DNA of 23,392 nucleotides from an uncultured virus (IMG/VR IMGVR_UViG_3300031673_000002) (lineage: Duplodnaviria > Heunggongvirae > Uroviricota > Caudoviricetes): the IMG/VR virus record IMGVR_UViG_3300031673_000002; one strand, given 5' to 3'. Below are positions 20,967-23,392 of this stretch, in pieces. The position numbers and the translations under genes were made by a program. Position 1 is the first letter of the stretch. Each line of letters begins with the position of its first letter. The notes under the pieces are model-generated. The model ran no database searches. It was not told the origin of the DNA and worked only from the letters and a program-made list of their open reading frames with translations.

Positions 20967-21026
20967 GAGAGCAAGTAGTTGGAACGGGGGATTCTTTGGA
21001 CAGATAACCCGAACCGCGCGGCTCTC
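20967..21026 (-). ncRNA. short Y RNA-like (60 nt) heading the Leu/Ser tRNA transcript
   Basis: GAGAGC-C-G / CUUGCUCUC stem (one mismatch above bulge); CGGGUUAUC...CCCG inner stem. Confidence 0.65.
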
Positions 21027-21034
21027 GACTAGGA

Positions 21035-21064
21035 TGTGTAGCAGCACGGTGTGGTGCCCGTCAA
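21035..21064 (-). promoter_or_regulatory. putative sigma70-like promoter of Y RNA-leader-Leu/Ser block
   Basis: TTGACG-N18-TACACA with TGn extended -10; predicted start near Y RNA 5' end. Confidence 0.45.
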
Positions 21065-21376
21065 CTACAAAACGATCAGATCCTCCAGATCATTCAGGTC
21101 CGCGTCCAACCCAGCCTGAACGTCTGGATCTTGCTCGTGATCTTGCTTGGCTCTCTTGGAGGTTCCGTATTCTGCGCTAGGTATTCGATCTCGGCCTCGG
21201 TCCATGACGTTCTGGGCATGTTTTCTTTGATAGCAGATCCCGGATCTGTCAGTAAGGGCTAACCCCCTTCGTCCTTACCACAGTAGGAAGAAACACGTTC
21301 CCTCGGTGATGCTCTCCGGCGCACAAGCGAGGCTCGTCTGTTGACCCAACCAGGGTCGGGAAGGAGGTGAAAAGAC

Positions 21377-21808
21377 ATGACGTTCAAGATCGTCCCAGGG
21401 AGCCATCTCGACCATGGTCTGAGCAAGGCTCAGATCGAGTGGCTCAAGGAGACCTTCGCGAGCAGAGACGGGTTCTTCATCGAGTCGGTGGAGATGCCTG
21501 AGACGCTCGGTACGGTCCCCTGCGGGCTGTACGGTCCGGCGGCGGGTGATGAGCCGCTCCGCGACAGCGAGGTGTTCCTCGCGAAGCGTGGTGACCGTCC
21601 GTACGCATCGCGTATGATCGACAAGCCCATGCGACCCACGCGGACCGTAACGGTCATCGCAGGACCGGATGGTGACGAGAAGTGCGTGCTGTACACCGCT
21701 TTTGGTGGTGGACAGGCTCCCCGTGAGCCCGGCGACAAGTCCCTCTCCGCTGAGGAGAAGGTCGAGTCCGAGGGCTTCTGGGCAGAGCACGCGCTCTCCT
21801 CGCAGTAG
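21377..21808 (+). CDS. hypothetical protein (143 aa)
   Basis: Perfect AAGGAGGTGA SD; GC3-rich; motifs CGLYGP, LYTAFGG-x2-APREPGD, FWAEHAL. Confidence 0.85.
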   Translation: MTFKIVPGSHLDHGLSKAQIEWLKETFASRDGFFIESVEMPETLGTVPCGLYGPAAGDEPLRDSEVFLAKRGDRPYASRMIDKPMRPTRTVTVIAGPDGDEKCVLYTAFGGGQAPREPGDKSLSAEEKVESEGFWAEHALSSQ

Positions 21809-21865
21809 CGACAACCGCTGTTGCCCCAGGCCGGAGCCTAGGGCACAGCAACCTACAGTAGACAA

Positions 21866-21903
21866 GGACCCGGAACGCTGACGCAGATCAACGTTCCGGG
21901 TCC
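21866..21903 (+). terminator. GC-rich stem-loop after the 143-aa gene
   Basis: GGACCCGGAACG / CGTTCCGGGTCC 12-bp stem; poor U tract. Confidence 0.5.
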
Positions 21904-21948
21904 AGTCTGTTCAAGGGACCAAAGCCTCCCCGTAGGGGTAGCTGCTAC

Positions 21949-22563
21949 ATGCAAGACTTCATCGGGTACATCGTCAAGGAGTGCGTTAAACACGGAGTCG
22001 CGCTCAACCTGTACCCGACCGAGTACCACGAAGACTATTCAGGGTACTGGGATGACGAGGAGCGCTCCCTCACGGTGGCTACCGCGAACAAGAACTGGAT
22101 CGAGGTTCTCGCTCACGAGTTCGGTCACTTCCAGCAGTGGAAGGAGCGCAAGTTCTCTGACGGCGTCTACCAAGAAGCCTACGCAGTTTTCGACGAGTGG
22201 CTTGCTGGCCGGGCTCGTCTTCCCCCCGAGAAGGTAACGGAACTGGTTACAGCGATGCAGGAGTGCGAGATGGACGCTGAGCGTCGCGCTCACCGCCTGC
22301 TTCGCCGCTTCGAGGTCAAGGTCAACCTCGACCACTACATCCAGAAGTCTAACGCATACATCCTGTTCCACATCGTCATGGCAAAACATCGCCAGTGGTG
22401 CGACAAGGAATCCCCGTCGAGGGTCAAGGGGATCATCACCATGATGCCGACCAAGTTCATCACGGACTTCTCTACGCTACCGCACGGGTTCGAGGATCTC
22501 ATCCTCGAAAACTGCTTCGACCCCAAGCCCTGGCGTACCCGCCTACGACACTGGCTACGATAG
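21949..22563 (+). CDS. HEXXH zinc metallopeptidase-like protein (ImmA/IrrE-like motif)
   Basis: EVLAHEFGHFQQW with downstream ECEMDAERRA helix. Confidence 0.78.
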   Translation: MQDFIGYIVKECVKHGVALNLYPTEYHEDYSGYWDDEERSLTVATANKNWIEVLAHEFGHFQQWKERKFSDGVYQEAYAVFDEWLAGRARLPPEKVTELVTAMQECEMDAERRAHRLLRRFEVKVNLDHYIQKSNAYILFHIVMAKHRQWCDKESPSRVKGIITMMPTKFITDFSTLPHGFEDLILENCFDPKPWRTRLRHWLR

Positions 22564-23391
22564 TAGTCGTAGAGCAGAGGTGATCGCCCGAACCGCAGCG
22601 CGGGCAGCGACCTTCATCGGCTCGTCACTTAGGAGAGGCCACACCTGGGAACGATCTAGCGGGCGCAACGTCCAGTGCCCGTACGCATAGTTCATTTCAT
22701 CCCAGTCGTAATCCTCTTCACCCTCTTGGATGCCTTCGACGTCTGCGAGGTCTTTCCCGAGAGCCTTCTTCGCCGCGCCTTCGGCCCCGAAGAGGTCCAT
22801 GTGCTTCACGCCATCGTAACCCAACTTCTGGAGGGCTCGCTTCACGGCAGGCGTCTCTACCAGCGCATAAGTGTCGACGTTGAGGAGCAGCGACAGGCGA
22901 CGGAGGAAGTCGACGGAGTCATCGTCCGTCACGTAGTCGCCCTTCCAAGGAGACAACTCATCCCATAGATCACGAAACGTGTCGAGCTTGGTGTGCTGGC
23001 TGAAAAGACCACCGTCCTCAATCTCAATGGGATTATCCGCATAAGCGTCGGTGTCCTCCTCTTGCTTGATCTGGAAGTTGAAAGAAGGCATTCCCACGAA
23101 CGTGTGATACCCCTTCGGCACTTTCGGTGCGATGCCCAGGAATCCGCCCATATCAGCTACCCTCTTTCGCTTGATGATGTAGTTGAGGAGCTTGGTTACC
23201 TCATCGTGGCCGATGCCCGTCCCGTCCCAGTAGCCGAGCAGGTTCAACAAGTCGTAGAGAGTGATCGACCCGTACTTGATGACCAGGGGGTTCTTCACGT
23301 CGATGTAAACGGGGACAACGCTGGCCCCCTCACCGTAGACGCCACCTTTCGAGGAGTAGATGGAAGCAATCTCAGACGAGTCTGTGAAGGA
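22555..23391 (-). CDS. ART-PolyVal-like ADP-ribosyltransferase-domain protein, 5'-truncated
   Basis: Frame open to window edge: SFTDSSEIASIYS...VVPVYIDVKNPL...LQKLGYDGV matches the motif order of that family. Confidence 0.6.
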   Translation of the reverse strand, partial: SFTDSSEIASIYSSKGGVYGEGASVVPVYIDVKNPLVIKYGSITLYDLLNLLGYWDGTGIGHDEVTKLLNYIIKRKRVADMGGFLGIAPKVPKGYHTFVGMPSFNFQIKQEEDTDAYADNPIEIEDGGLFSQHTKLDTFRDLWDELSPWKGDYVTDDDSVDFLRRLSLLLNVDTYALVETPAVKRALQKLGYDGVKHMDLFGAEGAAKKALGKDLADVEGIQEGEEDYDWDEMNYAYGHWTLRPLDRSQVWPLLSDEPMKVAARAAVRAITSALRLLS

Positions 23392-23392
23392 A

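Noticed and set aside
20801..21026. T-box riboswitch
   Set aside because: No UGGN-containing T-box antiterminator bulge or Stem I motifs seen; a leader-peptide model fits better.
7723..21180. Many ORF-track ORFs overlapping tRNA or Y RNA genes (e.g. 8151..8585, 11201..11791, 11319..11870, 19816..20379, 20067..20455)
   Set aside because: Explained by GC-rich structured RNA genes; no SD or protein motifs. Only ORFs with an SD and/or matched codons and a linked hairpin were kept as leaders.

Overview
GC-rich segment that looks like part of a large (jumbo-type) bacteriophage genome; an integrative element or megaplasmid cannot be excluded. It carries a minus-strand array of 39 tRNA genes in four blocks (7756-8820, 10467-11524, 13711-15665, 19901-20699), covering all 20 amino acids, all with encoded CCA. 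Interleaved are a Ro60/TROVE (rsr) gene, seven Y RNA-like genes (three YrlA-type tRNA mimics and four short forms) and an HNH nuclease. Flanking genes include tandem ArdA-like antirestriction proteins, an XRE regulator, an SF2 helicase with a class 3 LAGLIDADG intein, an AAA+ ATPase, an MT-A70 methyltransferase, a HEXXH peptidase and a partial ART-PolyVal-like gene. Main discovery candidate: tRNA blocks are preceded by tiny leader ORFs whose codons match the tRNAs downstream. Examples are 13 consecutive Ser/Leu codons before the 4 Leu + 4 Ser tRNAs, inside a complete terminator/antiterminator attenuator; MFMQHYW before Trp/Gln/Tyr/His/Cys/Phe/Met; MEPEEAEE before two Glu; and a Lys/Thr-rich peptide before Lys/Thr/Thr. 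Each is coupled to a hairpin that either terminates transcription or pairs with the 5' acceptor strand of the first tRNA. This suggests ribosome-stalling, demand-driven control of phage tRNA supply. All calls were made by eye without tools.
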